The position numbers and the translations under genes are program-made. A DNA stretch of 64,000 nucleotides, from NCBI GenBank assembly GCA_963790205.1, contig CAWBNQ010000011.1, positions 1 to 64,000 on the forward strand, read 5' to 3'. The DNA comes from Nitrospirota bacterium. GTDB lineage: Bacteria; Nitrospirota; UBA9217. Positions within the stretch are counted from its first letter, which is position 1; each line of letters starts with the position of its first letter. The notes under the pieces were generated by a model. It was not told the origin of the DNA, searched no databases, and was given only the letters and a program-made list of their open reading frames with translations. This document shows positions 19,520-29,917 of the stretch, in pieces.

Positions 19520-21010
19520 ATGAAAAAGTATGACGATATCGTGGTGGGGAGCGGCATCAGCGGGCTGACGATGTCGCTGCTGCTCGCCATGAACGGACAT
19601 AAGGTGCTGCTGATCGAGAAAGGTCCGCGCATCGGCGGCTCCCTGTCGCGGTTCTCCAGGCGCGGCATCGCGTTCGATACGGGGTTCCATTTTACGGGCG
19701 GGCTGCACGACGGCGGGATTCTGGCCGACATCCTCTCGTTCCTCGGCATCCGCGACGTTATCGAGCCGGTCTATTACTCCGAGGAATTCAAAAACCAGTT
19801 CATCTTCGAATCGGCCGGCCGCCGGCTTGAACACCCGAGCGGGATCGATAACATCAAAAAGCAGTTCAAAGGGTATTTCCCCGGCGATGCAGACGCCATC
19901 GATCGGTATTTTGAGAAGGTCCAATCCGTCTGTCGCCGGACCCCCTCGCTCAATATTCATGAGAACGTTATCGCATCACCGGGCCTGGACGAAGATTACA
20001 TCAGTTTAGATGCCGTTTTGAAGGGCCTGACATCGAATGGGCTCCTTCGGGGGCTGTTGTCCGCCTATGCTATGTGCTACGGCGTGAAGCCGTCGGAAAT
20101 CTCCTTTGCCAACCACAGCAGGATGGCCCTCAGTTTTTATGAATCCTTTGCCTGTGTCAAACAGGGCGGGGACGCCTTTGTGAAGGCCTTTGAGGAGAAG
20201 TTCAAGGAGCATGAGGTCGAGGTACGCTGCGGGACCTTTATTTCGGAGCTGGCGGACATCAGCGATCACAAGGTGGGGCGGTTCGTTTTGAACACGGGTG
20301 ATGAAGTGGCGGCTGACGCCTGCGTGATGACCATCCATCCCCGGGAGATGCTGAAGCTCCTTCCCGCAAAACAATTCAGCAGGGCCTTTATGAGCCGGGC
20401 TGAGTCCTTCGAACCTTCAGTGGGTTTTTTCACCGTCTTCGGTCTGCTCAAACCGGGCGCGAACGACCCCTATCCGGATTCGGGCGTCACCTCCCTCTTC
20501 CCGAATGAGGATGTGAACCTGCTGCTTGATCCCGCGTACCGGGGAGAGCCCGCCCTGGTCATCATCAAGTCGCCGGAGCAGAACGACGAAGGACGGGGGG
20601 TCTGTATCCTTGAGCCTTCCTTTGCCGAGCACGTTTCCGCCTGGACCGCATCCCGCAGGGGGCAAAGGCCCGCAGAATATCGTGAATACAAGAACCGGAA
20701 GGTCGAGGCGATCAAAGACCATGTGTATAAGGTGCTCCCCGCATACCGGGAGAGCCTCGAGCTTGTGGATGCGGGGTCCATGTTGACCTTTAAGGATTAT
20801 CTGAACAGCCCGGATGGAAGCGCCTATGGCGTGAAGCAGAAAATGGGGCAGTTCAATATCATCGGCAAGCTCCGCCTGCATAATCTTTACGTCGCGGGCC
20901 AGAGCGCGCTTTTACCGGGGATCATCGGCGCTATGATGTCGTCGCTCATCGTCGGCAGGCAGATGCTTGGAAAAGAGCAATACGGCAGGCTCCTGGCAGG
21001 GACGGCATGA
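19520..21010 (+). CDS. FAD-dependent oxidoreductase, phytoene desaturase / retinol saturase-like
   Basis: VVGSGISG, FSRRGIAFDTGFHF, LTFKDY..SPDGSAYG, NLYVAGQS..PGIIG. Confidence 0.85.
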   Translation: MKKYDDIVVGSGISGLTMSLLLAMNGHKVLLIEKGPRIGGSLSRFSRRGIAFDTGFHFTGGLHDGGILADILSFLGIRDVIEPVYYSEEFKNQFIFESAGRRLEHPSGIDNIKKQFKGYFPGDADAIDRYFEKVQSVCRRTPSLNIHENVIASPGLDEDYISLDAVLKGLTSNGLLRGLLSAYAMCYGVKPSEISFANHSRMALSFYESFACVKQGGDAFVKAFEEKFKEHEVEVRCGTFISELADISDHKVGRFVLNTGDEVAADACVMTIHPREMLKLLPAKQFSRAFMSRAESFEPSVGFFTVFGLLKPGANDPYPDSGVTSLFPNEDVNLLLDPAYRGEPALVIIKSPEQNDEGRGVCILEPSFAEHVSAWTASRRGQRPAEYREYKNRKVEAIKDHVYKVLPAYRESLELVDAGSMLTFKDYLNSPDGSAYGVKQKMGQFNIIGKLRLHNLYVAGQSALLPGIIGAMMSSLIVGRQMLGKEQYGRLLAGTA

Positions 21011-22233
21011 CCTTGAAGCGGGTTGTGATAACCGGGATCGGCGTTGTTTCTCCTTTCGGGAACGGCGTCCCCGAACTCATGAACGGGATCGCGGAAGGCA
21101 GGAGCGGCGTGCGGCGGATGGAAGGGTGGGAAGAGTACGTTGGCCTGCGCAGTCTCGTCGGAGCGCCCGTTGAAATGCGGGATGAAAAACGCATCCCGCG
21201 CCAGAAGCGGCGTTCCATGGGGCGGATGAGCATCTTTGCCGCGCAGGCGGCTGATGAAGCGCTGGCCGACTCCGGCATCGACCTCGCGAAGGAAGATCTC
21301 TGGAGAATCGGCTGCGTCATCGGTTCGACCATGGGCAGCGCCAAAAGCATCAACGACGCCTTCGAGCTCATGCTGCCGAACAAGGACCTGAGCCTGCTGA
21401 ACTCGACCATGTTTTTTCAATGCATGTCGCACACCGCGGCGGTGAACGTGGCGCAGTATCTGGGGCTCAACGGCTCGATCATGGCGCCGGCCGCCGCCTG
21501 CGCTTCGGCGCTCCACGCCCTCGGCACGGGCTATGATCTGATCAGGCTCGGGAGGCAGGACGTGCTGCTGTGCGGAGGCGCGGAGGAATTGCATCCGACC
21601 GTGACCGGGTCTTTTGATATTCTGTACGCCACGTCGTCAAAATACAACGACCGGCCGCGGTCGACGCCGCGGCCGTTTGACAAGGACCGCGACGGCCTGG
21701 TGTGCGGCGAGGGGAGCGGTCTTCTGGTCCTTGAGGACCGCGAGCGCGCGGTCAAGCGGAATGCCCGTATGTACGCCGAGGTGACGGGGTTCAGCACCAC
21801 GGCGAACGGCCAGCACGTGAGCCAGTCGAACAAGGAATCGATGGTCGTCTGTATGCGGCAGGCGCTTCGGGATGCCGGGGCGCAGGCGGGCGGAATTGAT
21901 TATATAAATGCCCATGCAACGGCCACGATCCAGGGAGACCAGGAAGAGGCCGAGGCGATACGCGAGGTCTTCGGCGAAACGGTCCCGGTGAGCAGCCTGA
22001 AGGGGTACATCGGTCACACGCTCGGAGCTTCGGGCGCCATAGAACTGGCGGCTTCCCTCAAGATGATGGAACAGGACGTCATCTATCCGACGTTGAATCT
22101 TGAAAACGTGAGCCCTGAATGCGGTGGCATTCGCCACGTGATGCGGCCGCTGAAAAAACAAATGACAACGATACTCAAGAACGGTTTTGCCTTCGGCGGC
22201 ATCAATGCCGCGCTGGTGTGTAAAAAAATATAA
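21007..22233 (+). CDS. Beta-ketoacyl-ACP synthase KS1 (FabB/F, ApeR-like)
   Basis: Cys-His-His triad: AACAS, NAHATAT, KGYIGHTLGASG; FAFGG. Confidence 0.95.
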   Translation: MTLKRVVITGIGVVSPFGNGVPELMNGIAEGRSGVRRMEGWEEYVGLRSLVGAPVEMRDEKRIPRQKRRSMGRMSIFAAQAADEALADSGIDLAKEDLWRIGCVIGSTMGSAKSINDAFELMLPNKDLSLLNSTMFFQCMSHTAAVNVAQYLGLNGSIMAPAAACASALHALGTGYDLIRLGRQDVLLCGGAEELHPTVTGSFDILYATSSKYNDRPRSTPRPFDKDRDGLVCGEGSGLLVLEDRERAVKRNARMYAEVTGFSTTANGQHVSQSNKESMVVCMRQALRDAGAQAGGIDYINAHATATIQGDQEEAEAIREVFGETVPVSSLKGYIGHTLGASGAIELAASLKMMEQDVIYPTLNLENVSPECGGIRHVMRPLKKQMTTILKNGFAFGGINAALVCKKI

Positions 22234-22239
22234 GCACTA

Positions 22240-22350
22240 AAATACAAACACCAAATGACCAATAAACTCCAAGCACGAAATACGGAATTCAAGACGTTTT
22301 GATTTTGCGGTTTGGGAATTGGATATTATTTGTGATTTGGTATTTGAAAT
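22240..22350. repeat. Inverted heptamer arrays (AAATACC / TTTGGTA-like)
   Basis: AAATACAAACACCAAATGACCAATAAACTCCAAGCACGAAATACGG ... TTTGGGAATTGGATATTATTTGTGATTTGGTATTTGAAAT. Confidence 0.7.
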
Positions 22351-22367
22351 GTTCACCGGGGGAATGC

Positions 22368-22634
22368 ATGACCGAGCAGGAGATTATCGATAAAACGAAC
22401 AAGGTGTTCGAAGAGTCCTTTGAGATCGAAAAAGAGAAGCTGACGCCCCAGGCGCAAATCTTCACCGATCTCGGGCTGGACAGCCTTGATATCGTGGATC
22501 TGGTCGTAGCGCTCCAGGGCGCCTTCGGCGTCAAGATCAGGAACGAGGAGCGGGTCAGGGACATCAGGACACTGCAGGACATCTATCAGTTCATTTCCTC
22601 CCTGAAGAACGAGGAAGGCAAGAAGAGCTCATAG
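22368..22634 (+). CDS. Acyl carrier protein ACP1
   Basis: DLGLDSLDIVDL; acidic, 88 aa. Confidence 0.95.
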   Translation: MTEQEIIDKTNKVFEESFEIEKEKLTPQAQIFTDLGLDSLDIVDLVVALQGAFGVKIRNEERVRDIRTLQDIYQFISSLKNEEGKKSS

Positions 22635-22639
22635 AGGCG

Positions 22640-23389
22640 GTGTGTCAGGTGAAACTGTTCTTTCTGAATCTCTATTTTTACACGTTCTTTTTCCTGCTGT
22701 CCGCGATCGGGATCCCGATACTCACGCTTGGCGTGGCGACTTCGAGGCTCTTCCTGTCGCACCGGCAGACCATGAAGCGCTTCCGCCGTGCCATCAGCTG
22801 GTACGGCAGGATCATCACGGCGATCCCCTATCCCTTCATCAAGCTGCAGTACGAGGACTGCGGATCAAAGGACACCGGTGAGCCGTACATCTTTGTCTGC
22901 AATCATCGCGCAGCATCGGACGCATTCCTCATGTGCGTGCTGCCCCATGAGGTCGTCCAGATCGTGAACGTCTGGCCGTTCAGAATCCCGGTCCTAGGCA
23001 TCTATGCGAAGTTCTCAGGATACCTGAACATCAGGATGATGTCGCCTGAACAGTTCACGGAGAAAGCGAAGGGGCTTTTGTCAGAGGGCGTCAATATCAT
23101 CTTTTTCCCCGAGGGGACGCGGTCGGCCAGCAGGACCATGGGCAGCTTCCACGGAGCGGCATTCAGGCTTGCGCTTGAATCAAAGGCTTCGATCGTTCCG
23201 CTTTGCATCTCGGGGAGTGAAAATATTCCGCCCAAGGGGTCGCTGCTCCTGCGGCCCGGCACGATTCGCGTACGCAGGTTGTCCGCCATCACCTGGGAAG
23301 AATACAAGGATCTGAACGCCTTTGCGTTCAAAAACCGGGTACGGCATATCATCGATAACGAGCTGTCCGTCATGGAGAGCGGTGTATGA
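22640..23389 (+). CDS. PlsC-like acyltransferase (ApeD-like)
   Basis: CNHRAASD (HxxxxD), FFPEGTRS. Confidence 0.9.
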   Translation: MCQVKLFFLNLYFYTFFFLLSAIGIPILTLGVATSRLFLSHRQTMKRFRRAISWYGRIITAIPYPFIKLQYEDCGSKDTGEPYIFVCNHRAASDAFLMCVLPHEVVQIVNVWPFRIPVLGIYAKFSGYLNIRMMSPEQFTEKAKGLLSEGVNIIFFPEGTRSASRTMGSFHGAAFRLALESKASIVPLCISGSENIPPKGSLLLRPGTIRVRRLSAITWEEYKDLNAFAFKNRVRHIIDNELSVMESGV

Positions 23390-24696
23390 ACAACGGTAAA
23401 TTCGACGGGGACGGGAACCTGGAGTTCTCCAGTCCGGAGGAGATCGGGCAGGCGCAGGAAGCGCTGCTCCAGGAGCACGTGCGCTATCTTGCCTCGCAGT
23501 CGCCCTATTACCGCGAGCTTTTTAAGGCCCGGGGGATCGAGCCGGCAGAGATCACGATGGCCACGCTGCATCAGCTCCCGTTCACGGACAAGACGGTTCT
23601 TGGCCAGCAGAACGACGATTTTCTGGCAGTGCCCCGGTCCGAGATCGTGGACATGGTCCTGTCGTCCGGCACGACCGGTAAGCCGACGACGATGATGTAT
23701 ACGGAAAACGATCTTCGGCGCCTGGCCTACAATGAGAAAATATCGTTCATGAGCTGCGGCTTGACGCGGGACGACGTGGTCCTGCTCACGTGCACGATGG
23801 ACCGCTGCTTCATCGCGGGCCTGGCGTATTTTTCCGGCGTGCGGAGCGTGGGCGCCGCGGCGATCAGGAACGGCCTCAACAGTGTTGAAAGCCATCTCGA
23901 AATCATCCAGCGTCTGAGGCCGACGGCGGTCGTGGGCGTGCCGTCGTTCCTGCTGAAGCTTGGGAACTTCATGAAAGCGCAGGACATCGATCCGCACCGG
24001 TCCGGCATCAGAAGGCTGATCTGCATCGGCGAGCCGACCAGGGACCGTAACCTCGCGCTTCTGCAGCTGGGGGAAAGCCTCGAAGCGGTCTGGGGCGCGA
24101 AGACATACTCGACCTATGCGGCCTCGGAAACCATTACCTCGTTCTGCGAGTGCGCCGCCCAGCGGGGCGGACACCTTCACCCCGACCTCGCGGTCATTGA
24201 GATCGTGAACGAACAGGGAGCGGCGCTTCCGCACGGCGAGATCGGCGAGGTCGTCATAACGCCTCTGGCCATTGAGGGCATGCCGCTGCTGCGGTTTAAA
24301 ACCGGAGACATGAGCTTTCTTATCGATGAACCCTGCTCGTGCGGGAGGTATTCTCCCCGCCTCGGTCCCGTCGTCGGGAGAAAGAAGCAGATGATCAAGT
24401 TCCGCGGCACGACGCTGTATCCGAACTCGATCTATGCGGTCCTCGATTCGTTTCCGGAGATCAGCGAATACTACGTTACCGCAACCAGCGATTACGACCT
24501 GTCCGATATTGTGAAGGTCTCTGTCGCGGTGAAGGACGGTTCCTGCAAGGCCGAAACGATCATGGATAAGCTCCAGGCTCATCTGCGGGTGCGTCCCGAA
24601 GTGATCATCACCAGCGAGGAAAGCGTGAAGCAGCAGGTCTACTCCGGGAATTCCCGGAAATTAATCCGTTTTATCGACAAGAGAAAGAGCCTATGA
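23386..24696 (+). CDS. Phenylacetate-CoA ligase-like adenylating enzyme
   Basis: SSGTTGKP, TYAASE, GEVVITPL..EGMPLLRFKTGD, CSCGR, GRKKQMIKFRG. Confidence 0.88.
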   Translation: MNNGKFDGDGNLEFSSPEEIGQAQEALLQEHVRYLASQSPYYRELFKARGIEPAEITMATLHQLPFTDKTVLGQQNDDFLAVPRSEIVDMVLSSGTTGKPTTMMYTENDLRRLAYNEKISFMSCGLTRDDVVLLTCTMDRCFIAGLAYFSGVRSVGAAAIRNGLNSVESHLEIIQRLRPTAVVGVPSFLLKLGNFMKAQDIDPHRSGIRRLICIGEPTRDRNLALLQLGESLEAVWGAKTYSTYAASETITSFCECAAQRGGHLHPDLAVIEIVNEQGAALPHGEIGEVVITPLAIEGMPLLRFKTGDMSFLIDEPCSCGRYSPRLGPVVGRKKQMIKFRGTTLYPNSIYAVLDSFPEISEYYVTATSDYDLSDIVKVSVAVKDGSCKAETIMDKLQAHLRVRPEVIITSEESVKQQVYSGNSRKLIRFIDKRKSL

Positions 24697-26177
24697 ATAC
24701 CTGTCAAAGCCGTATTTACGGCGCGGAGTTCTCCAAGGAGGAGATCGCCGAGGCCGTCCGGGACGGCAAACTGCTGTCCATGGAAATCGAGTTCAACAGC
24801 GTCTGCAATTTTCGCTGCGTCTACTGCTACGCGGCCGAAAACGGCGGCCGCCGGAATGAACTGACTCCCGAAGAGTTCTGGGATGTGATAACCCAGGCGA
24901 AAGAGCTGGGAGCGCGAAAGATGATCGTCCTCGGCGGCGAACCGATGCTCTATCCCCCGATCCTCGAGATGATCCGGTACATCAGAGACCTCGACATGGA
25001 TGTCGAACTCTTCACGAACGGTACGAACATCACGCGCGAGATGGCCCGGACGCTGTATGACCTCGGCGTGCGCGTAGTTCTCAAAATGAACACCTTCGAG
25101 GAAAAGATCCAGGACATGCTTTCGGGCAGGAAAGGCGCCTACGCCCAGATCCACGAGGCGTTCAACAACCTGAAACAGGCCGGCTATCCGTCGGCGGACC
25201 GTTTCATGGGCATCAGCACCGTTGTCTGCCAGCAGAATATTGACGAGCTTCCGAAGATGTGGGAGTGGCTGAGGGACCAGCACATCGCTCCTTATTTCGA
25301 GATGATAACCCCGCAGGGAGGCGCCAAAGAGCACAATATGCTCGAAGTCGATTCCCGGCAGGTGGAGGAATTGTTCTGCCGGATATCCCGGATCGATCGG
25401 ACCAAGTACGGCCACCAGTGGGACCCCAAACCGCCGCTCGTAGGAGGGGAGTGCCTTCGCCACCAGTTCTCCTGCGCCGTGAACTCCGTAGGAGAGGTAC
25501 AGCCCTGCGTCGGGGTGACGATCCCGATCGGCAACGTGCGCAAGCAGCGGCTCAAGGACATCCTCAAGGACAGCGAGGTGGTCCAGGATCTCAAGAGCTA
25601 TAAGGAGATGATCAAGGGGCCCTGCAGCGAATGTGACCGGTTAAGCGCGTGTTACGGATGTCGCGGTGCGGCATACCAGATGACCGGCGACTATCTCGCC
25701 TCGGACCCCCTGTGCTGGAAAAATCTCGACCGGCGCGACGATATCATGTTCCTGCCCGTGGACGCGGCCCAGCTCGTTCCTCACAAGCCGCCCATGCTCC
25801 TGATCGATCGTCTCCTCGAGGTCAAGGAGCGGGCATCCCTGTCAGAGATGACGGTGCGGGAGGACATGGTGTTCGTGGGAGAGGACGGGAAGCTTGATGA
25901 TGCCGCCTATGCCGAGGTCCTCTCCCAGGCCATCGCCGCACAGGAAGGGTTCCGAAAGCTCGGAAGCCGTGACCCTCAGCAAGAAGGTTTTTTGCTCGGC
26001 ATCAAGAACCTCGAGATCCTCGGCAGCGCCCGCATCGGCGATACCCTGCGCATATCAGTGTTTAAGGCCGCGAAGTTCGGAGATTTCGGCATTATCCGGG
26101 GAGAGGTCAGAAACGGTGACGCCCGGATCGCCCGCGGTGAGGTGAAGGTTTGGCAGAGCGACGGAAAGGCGAAATGA
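24693..26177 (+). CDS. Radical SAM/SPASM enzyme fused to a C-terminal hotdog dehydratase (ApeP-like)
   Basis: CNFRCVYC, GGEP, SPASM cysteines (CSECDRLSACYGCRG..DPLC), then LVPHKPPMLLIDRL..EVLSQAIAA..GFLLGIK. Confidence 0.88.
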   Translation: MNTCQSRIYGAEFSKEEIAEAVRDGKLLSMEIEFNSVCNFRCVYCYAAENGGRRNELTPEEFWDVITQAKELGARKMIVLGGEPMLYPPILEMIRYIRDLDMDVELFTNGTNITREMARTLYDLGVRVVLKMNTFEEKIQDMLSGRKGAYAQIHEAFNNLKQAGYPSADRFMGISTVVCQQNIDELPKMWEWLRDQHIAPYFEMITPQGGAKEHNMLEVDSRQVEELFCRISRIDRTKYGHQWDPKPPLVGGECLRHQFSCAVNSVGEVQPCVGVTIPIGNVRKQRLKDILKDSEVVQDLKSYKEMIKGPCSECDRLSACYGCRGAAYQMTGDYLASDPLCWKNLDRRDDIMFLPVDAAQLVPHKPPMLLIDRLLEVKERASLSEMTVREDMVFVGEDGKLDDAAYAEVLSQAIAAQEGFRKLGSRDPQQEGFLLGIKNLEILGSARIGDTLRISVFKAAKFGDFGIIRGEVRNGDARIARGEVKVWQSDGKAK

Positions 26178-26863
26178 TGATGAGGAAGATAAGAACGAGG
26201 GCACTCCTTTCTTCGGCCCTGGGCATCCTCCTGTTGTTGGCCGGAGCGGTTTTCGCGGAGGATATCAACAAGGGCGGAGCTCCGGGACCAGCGGACCTGC
26301 CGGCATTCCTGAACAGCCTCGGTAAAAAGGTCTCGGCTTTCAAGACCCTCAAAACGGATTTTACCCAGGAAAAAGAGATGGCGATGTTCAAGGAGAAGCT
26401 CGTGCTCACGGGCAGGATCTATCTCCAGAAACCCAACAAGGTCGCCTGGCATGTGGACAAGCCGCTCCGCTATTCCGTCCTGATCACCGACAAGTTTATA
26501 CGTCAATGGGACGAGGACACGAACCAGGTGCAGGAAATATCGTTAACAAAGAACCCTCTCTTTCAGAACGTGATCAAGCAGCTGACGGTCTGGTTTTCCG
26601 GAGAGTACGGTTCGCTCCTCGACACCAATGATGTGCGGTTGGTGCAACAGAACCCTCTCGTGCTGGAGTTTTCGCCCCGCGCCAATAACGACTCCCGGAA
26701 GGTCATTAAGACCATTACGATCACGTTCCGGGAAGATGAGACTTATTTGCAGCAGATACGGATCCGGGAACTGAGCGGCGATGTCACGACGATTCATTTC
26801 ACGAACACAATTTTGAACGCCCCTCTCGACAGCAGCAGCTTTGAGGTAAAAGGGCATGTTTGA
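26174..26863 (+). CDS. LolA-like lipid carrier (ApeL-like)
   Basis: Signal peptide; FTQEKEM..LTGRIYLQKPNKVAWHV; GDVTTIHF. Confidence 0.85.
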   Translation: MMMRKIRTRALLSSALGILLLLAGAVFAEDINKGGAPGPADLPAFLNSLGKKVSAFKTLKTDFTQEKEMAMFKEKLVLTGRIYLQKPNKVAWHVDKPLRYSVLITDKFIRQWDEDTNQVQEISLTKNPLFQNVIKQLTVWFSGEYGSLLDTNDVRLVQQNPLVLEFSPRANNDSRKVIKTITITFREDETYLQQIRIRELSGDVTTIHFTNTILNAPLDSSSFEVKGHV

Positions 26864-29246
26864 CAGGTATTTTACCCGGCTGCACCAGTTCGTGTTCCAG
26901 CATAAGAAATGGGTTCTCGGGATCGTCCTCCTCGCGACTGTTGCTGCCGGGGCCGGGCTCTCCTTTGTCCGCTACGAAGGCAATATTGACATCATGCTCC
27001 CGCCGGACAAGGAGGTCAGCCGGAGCCTGAACTTTCTCCGGGATGCAAGCCTTTCGGACAAGATACTCATTTCCCTGGAGCTGACGGATCCCGCAAAAAA
27101 CAAGAAGGACCTTTTCCTCGCCGTTGACCAGCTTGCGTCAACACTGAAGCCTCCGCTCTTCACCAAAGTCATGTCCGGCTTCTCGGTGGCCGATGTCATG
27201 GAAGAGTTCTCCATCCTGCGCTATGCGCCCCAGATCCTGAGCGGGCAGGACCTCGCATCCATCGACAGCCAGATCAACAAAACGACGGTGGCCCAGAAGA
27301 TGCGGGGCATCTACCGGCAGGCGCTCAGGCCCGAGAGCATTTTCATGACCTCGCTTTCGCGCACGGACCCGCTCGGGATCAAACTGCTTCTCCTCGACAA
27401 GTTACGGGCGCTGCCCGCGTCCATGGGGTATGACGTTGCCATCGAGGACGGTCACTTCATCAGCCGCGACGGCCGCCATGCCATGATGATCATCCAGACC
27501 TCGGTCCCGATGATGGACAGCCAGCGGAGCAAGAAGCTCATCGCCCTCCTGCAGGAGCAGCTCAAACAGCTGCCCGCATTCGTTTCCGCCGACATTATCT
27601 GCGGCCACCTCCACACGGTAAGCAATGAGCAGGTGATCAAACACGATATTATGGTCGCTTCCGTCATCGCGTCCATTGCCTTTCTTGTTTTCTTCACGAT
27701 CATCTTCCGCGATTTCCGGGCGATCTTCGTCTTTATCCTTCCCCTGATCGCGGTTGCCTGGGCAATCATCATCTCCACCGCGCTTGAGGGGAGACTGTCG
27801 TATCTGGTCATCGGGTTCGGGACCGCGATTGCGGGCATCTCGATCGATTACGGCCTCCTCGTGTACATCGCGATGAAACGCGGCGCCGACGCCTCGCAGA
27901 CCGCGAAACTCGCCCGGCTGGTCATCATCGACGCGGTTACGACCATGTTCAGTTTTTTCGTGCTGTATTTTTCCCGGATACACGGGTATCACCAACTGGC
28001 GCTGTTCTCGATGCTGTGCGTCTTCATCTGTCTCATTTTATCTCTTTTCGTATTGCCCCTGACGCTGTCCTGGAAAAACTACACCCTGGTCTCGGACCCC
28101 ACGATCGGCGACCGGATGCGGAAGGTGCGATGGCCGGCTCGCCTCAGCGTCGGGATCTGGGCGGTCCTCACGGTCGCGGCGCTGGTCCTGTCGTTCTCCG
28201 TCCAATTCGACAGCGATGTCAAAAAACTGGACGGCAGCGCTCCTGAAGTGCTCCAGGCGGAGCAGCGGTTTCACGAAGTCTGGGGCGGAAAGACCAACCA
28301 GGCGATCTTGGTCGTGACCGGGAAGAGTTATGAGGACGCCATGGAGAAGAACGATCTCATTTTTCGCGACGCCGTGAAGGCCGTCGGGCCGCAGAACATT
28401 TCAAGCATTGCGCTGTTCTGGTCCTCGGAAAAGATGCGCACGGGAAACAGCGAGCGGTGGGACCGTTTTTGGAAACAGGGAAGGGAGCAGAAGCTGAAGA
28501 AGCTGATCCGTGCGACGTCCTCCTCCTACGGTTTTTCGGAAAGCGCCTTTCAACCGTTCTTCAACGGTCTGTATTCCCATCCGATCGACGCAGCGAGCAC
28601 AAACGGGCTCGTTGCACGATTGCAGGAACGCTTTGTCGTGAACAAGGACGGCGAATACCGTATCATGTCCTTTTTCCCCGATGATCAGAAATACGTTGAT
28701 TCCCTCACGGCGGTAGCCGGGAAGTACCCCGGCACGTTCATCGTATCCGGCCGGGTTTTATCTGCTTCCATCTCCGCGTTCACGTCAAGGGAAATGAAGG
28801 TACTTGCCCCTCTTGCCGTCCTGTTCAACGTTGTGCTTGCGTGGCTGTTCTTCAGGAACTGGAAGGAAACGTTGATCGCCCTCGTGCCGGTCGTCACCGG
28901 GGTCATCTGGCTCGTCGGTATCATGTCGCTCTTCAAGATGCCGCTCAATGTTGTCAATATTGTGGCTGCGATCGTCACGACCGGCGTCATCGTGGATTAC
29001 GGCCTCGGCATCACCTATGAATACCGGTACAACCTGCGCATCGGGACCGTCATTGCCGTGACGTTGTCCGCGGGGGCCAACGTGATCGGTTCCGGCGCGC
29101 TGCTGTTCGCCAAACATCCGGCGCTCTATTCCACCGGCGTCGCCATGGTCATCTGCATGGTCTCCGGATACCTGTCTTCCGTGATCGTGATCCCGTCCCT
29201 GTGCAGCCTTCTGGGAACGGCGAAGCAGGAGGGGCGGCAGCAATGA
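26856..29246 (+). CDS. MMPL/RND-family exporter (ApeM-like)
   Basis: Two TM bundles with GISIDYG and GVIVDYG; HPALYSTG. Confidence 0.88.
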   Translation: MFDRYFTRLHQFVFQHKKWVLGIVLLATVAAGAGLSFVRYEGNIDIMLPPDKEVSRSLNFLRDASLSDKILISLELTDPAKNKKDLFLAVDQLASTLKPPLFTKVMSGFSVADVMEEFSILRYAPQILSGQDLASIDSQINKTTVAQKMRGIYRQALRPESIFMTSLSRTDPLGIKLLLLDKLRALPASMGYDVAIEDGHFISRDGRHAMMIIQTSVPMMDSQRSKKLIALLQEQLKQLPAFVSADIICGHLHTVSNEQVIKHDIMVASVIASIAFLVFFTIIFRDFRAIFVFILPLIAVAWAIIISTALEGRLSYLVIGFGTAIAGISIDYGLLVYIAMKRGADASQTAKLARLVIIDAVTTMFSFFVLYFSRIHGYHQLALFSMLCVFICLILSLFVLPLTLSWKNYTLVSDPTIGDRMRKVRWPARLSVGIWAVLTVAALVLSFSVQFDSDVKKLDGSAPEVLQAEQRFHEVWGGKTNQAILVVTGKSYEDAMEKNDLIFRDAVKAVGPQNISSIALFWSSEKMRTGNSERWDRFWKQGREQKLKKLIRATSSSYGFSESAFQPFFNGLYSHPIDAASTNGLVARLQERFVVNKDGEYRIMSFFPDDQKYVDSLTAVAGKYPGTFIVSGRVLSASISAFTSREMKVLAPLAVLFNVVLAWLFFRNWKETLIALVPVVTGVIWLVGIMSLFKMPLNVVNIVAAIVTTGVIVDYGLGITYEYRYNLRIGTVIAVTLSAGANVIGSGALLFAKHPALYSTGVAMVICMVSGYLSSVIVIPSLCSLLGTAKQEGRQQ

Positions 29247-29917
29247 AACGATTTTTCCTGATAACTCTTCTGGCGGCGCTTGCAGCCGGCTGTGTACGCG
29301 TGCCTTTTCAGGAGACGGCACTGGTCTCCCTTGGGTCCGGGGACCCGCAGAGCATTGTGAAGCGTTTCCAGGAGAACGCGCCGGAAAATTACCAGTTGCT
29401 CAGCACCGTTGTTTTTGAGTATAATTGGCGAAAATTTTCCGCCCTCAGTACTGTACAGATAAACAGGGAGGACCACGTTTTCAAGGTCGCCGGCATGAAC
29501 CCCATGGGCGTGATGCTGTTCGAGTTCTCCGGCAATCAAGACAGCGTGACAACGCAGTATGCGATCGCCGCATTCACCCGGTACGGAGATATTGCATCGG
29601 CCGTGGGAAACGATATCAGACGTATCTATTTTGATCTGGTCCCCGCTCCGGAAGCGACGATCTGGAAGGGAAAGTATAAACTGATTTTTCGGCAATCATC
29701 CGGTCCCGGCTTTCTGGAGTATGTGTTCGCCGGGAGGGACGGCGACCTTATTGAAAAGAACTATTATGAAAACAACGGGCTCGCGTGGCGCGTTTCGTAC
29801 TACGAATACCGTGATCAGGACGGGAAACGATGTCCGCAGGGTGTTGTCCTCACTCACTACGATTACCGGTACCGGTTGACGGTAAGGCATAAGGAGTTCC
29901 GTTTTGAGCACAATTAA
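29243..29917 (+). CDS. Lipoprotein, DUF3261 / ApeN-like
   Basis: Lipobox LAAGC; GMNPMGVMLFE, DIRRIY; position directly after the MMPL gene. Confidence 0.7.
   Translation: MKRFFLITLLAALAAGCVRVPFQETALVSLGSGDPQSIVKRFQENAPENYQLLSTVVFEYNWRKFSALSTVQINREDHVFKVAGMNPMGVMLFEFSGNQDSVTTQYAIAAFTRYGDIASAVGNDIRRIYFDLVPAPEATIWKGKYKLIFRQSSGPGFLEYVFAGRDGDLIEKNYYENNGLAWRVSYYEYRDQDGKRCPQGVVLTHYDYRYRLTVRHKEFRFEHN

Noticed and set aside
19520..21010. Carotenoid or hopanoid pathway
   Set aside because: No phytoene/squalene synthase, cyclase or prenyltransferase in the window.
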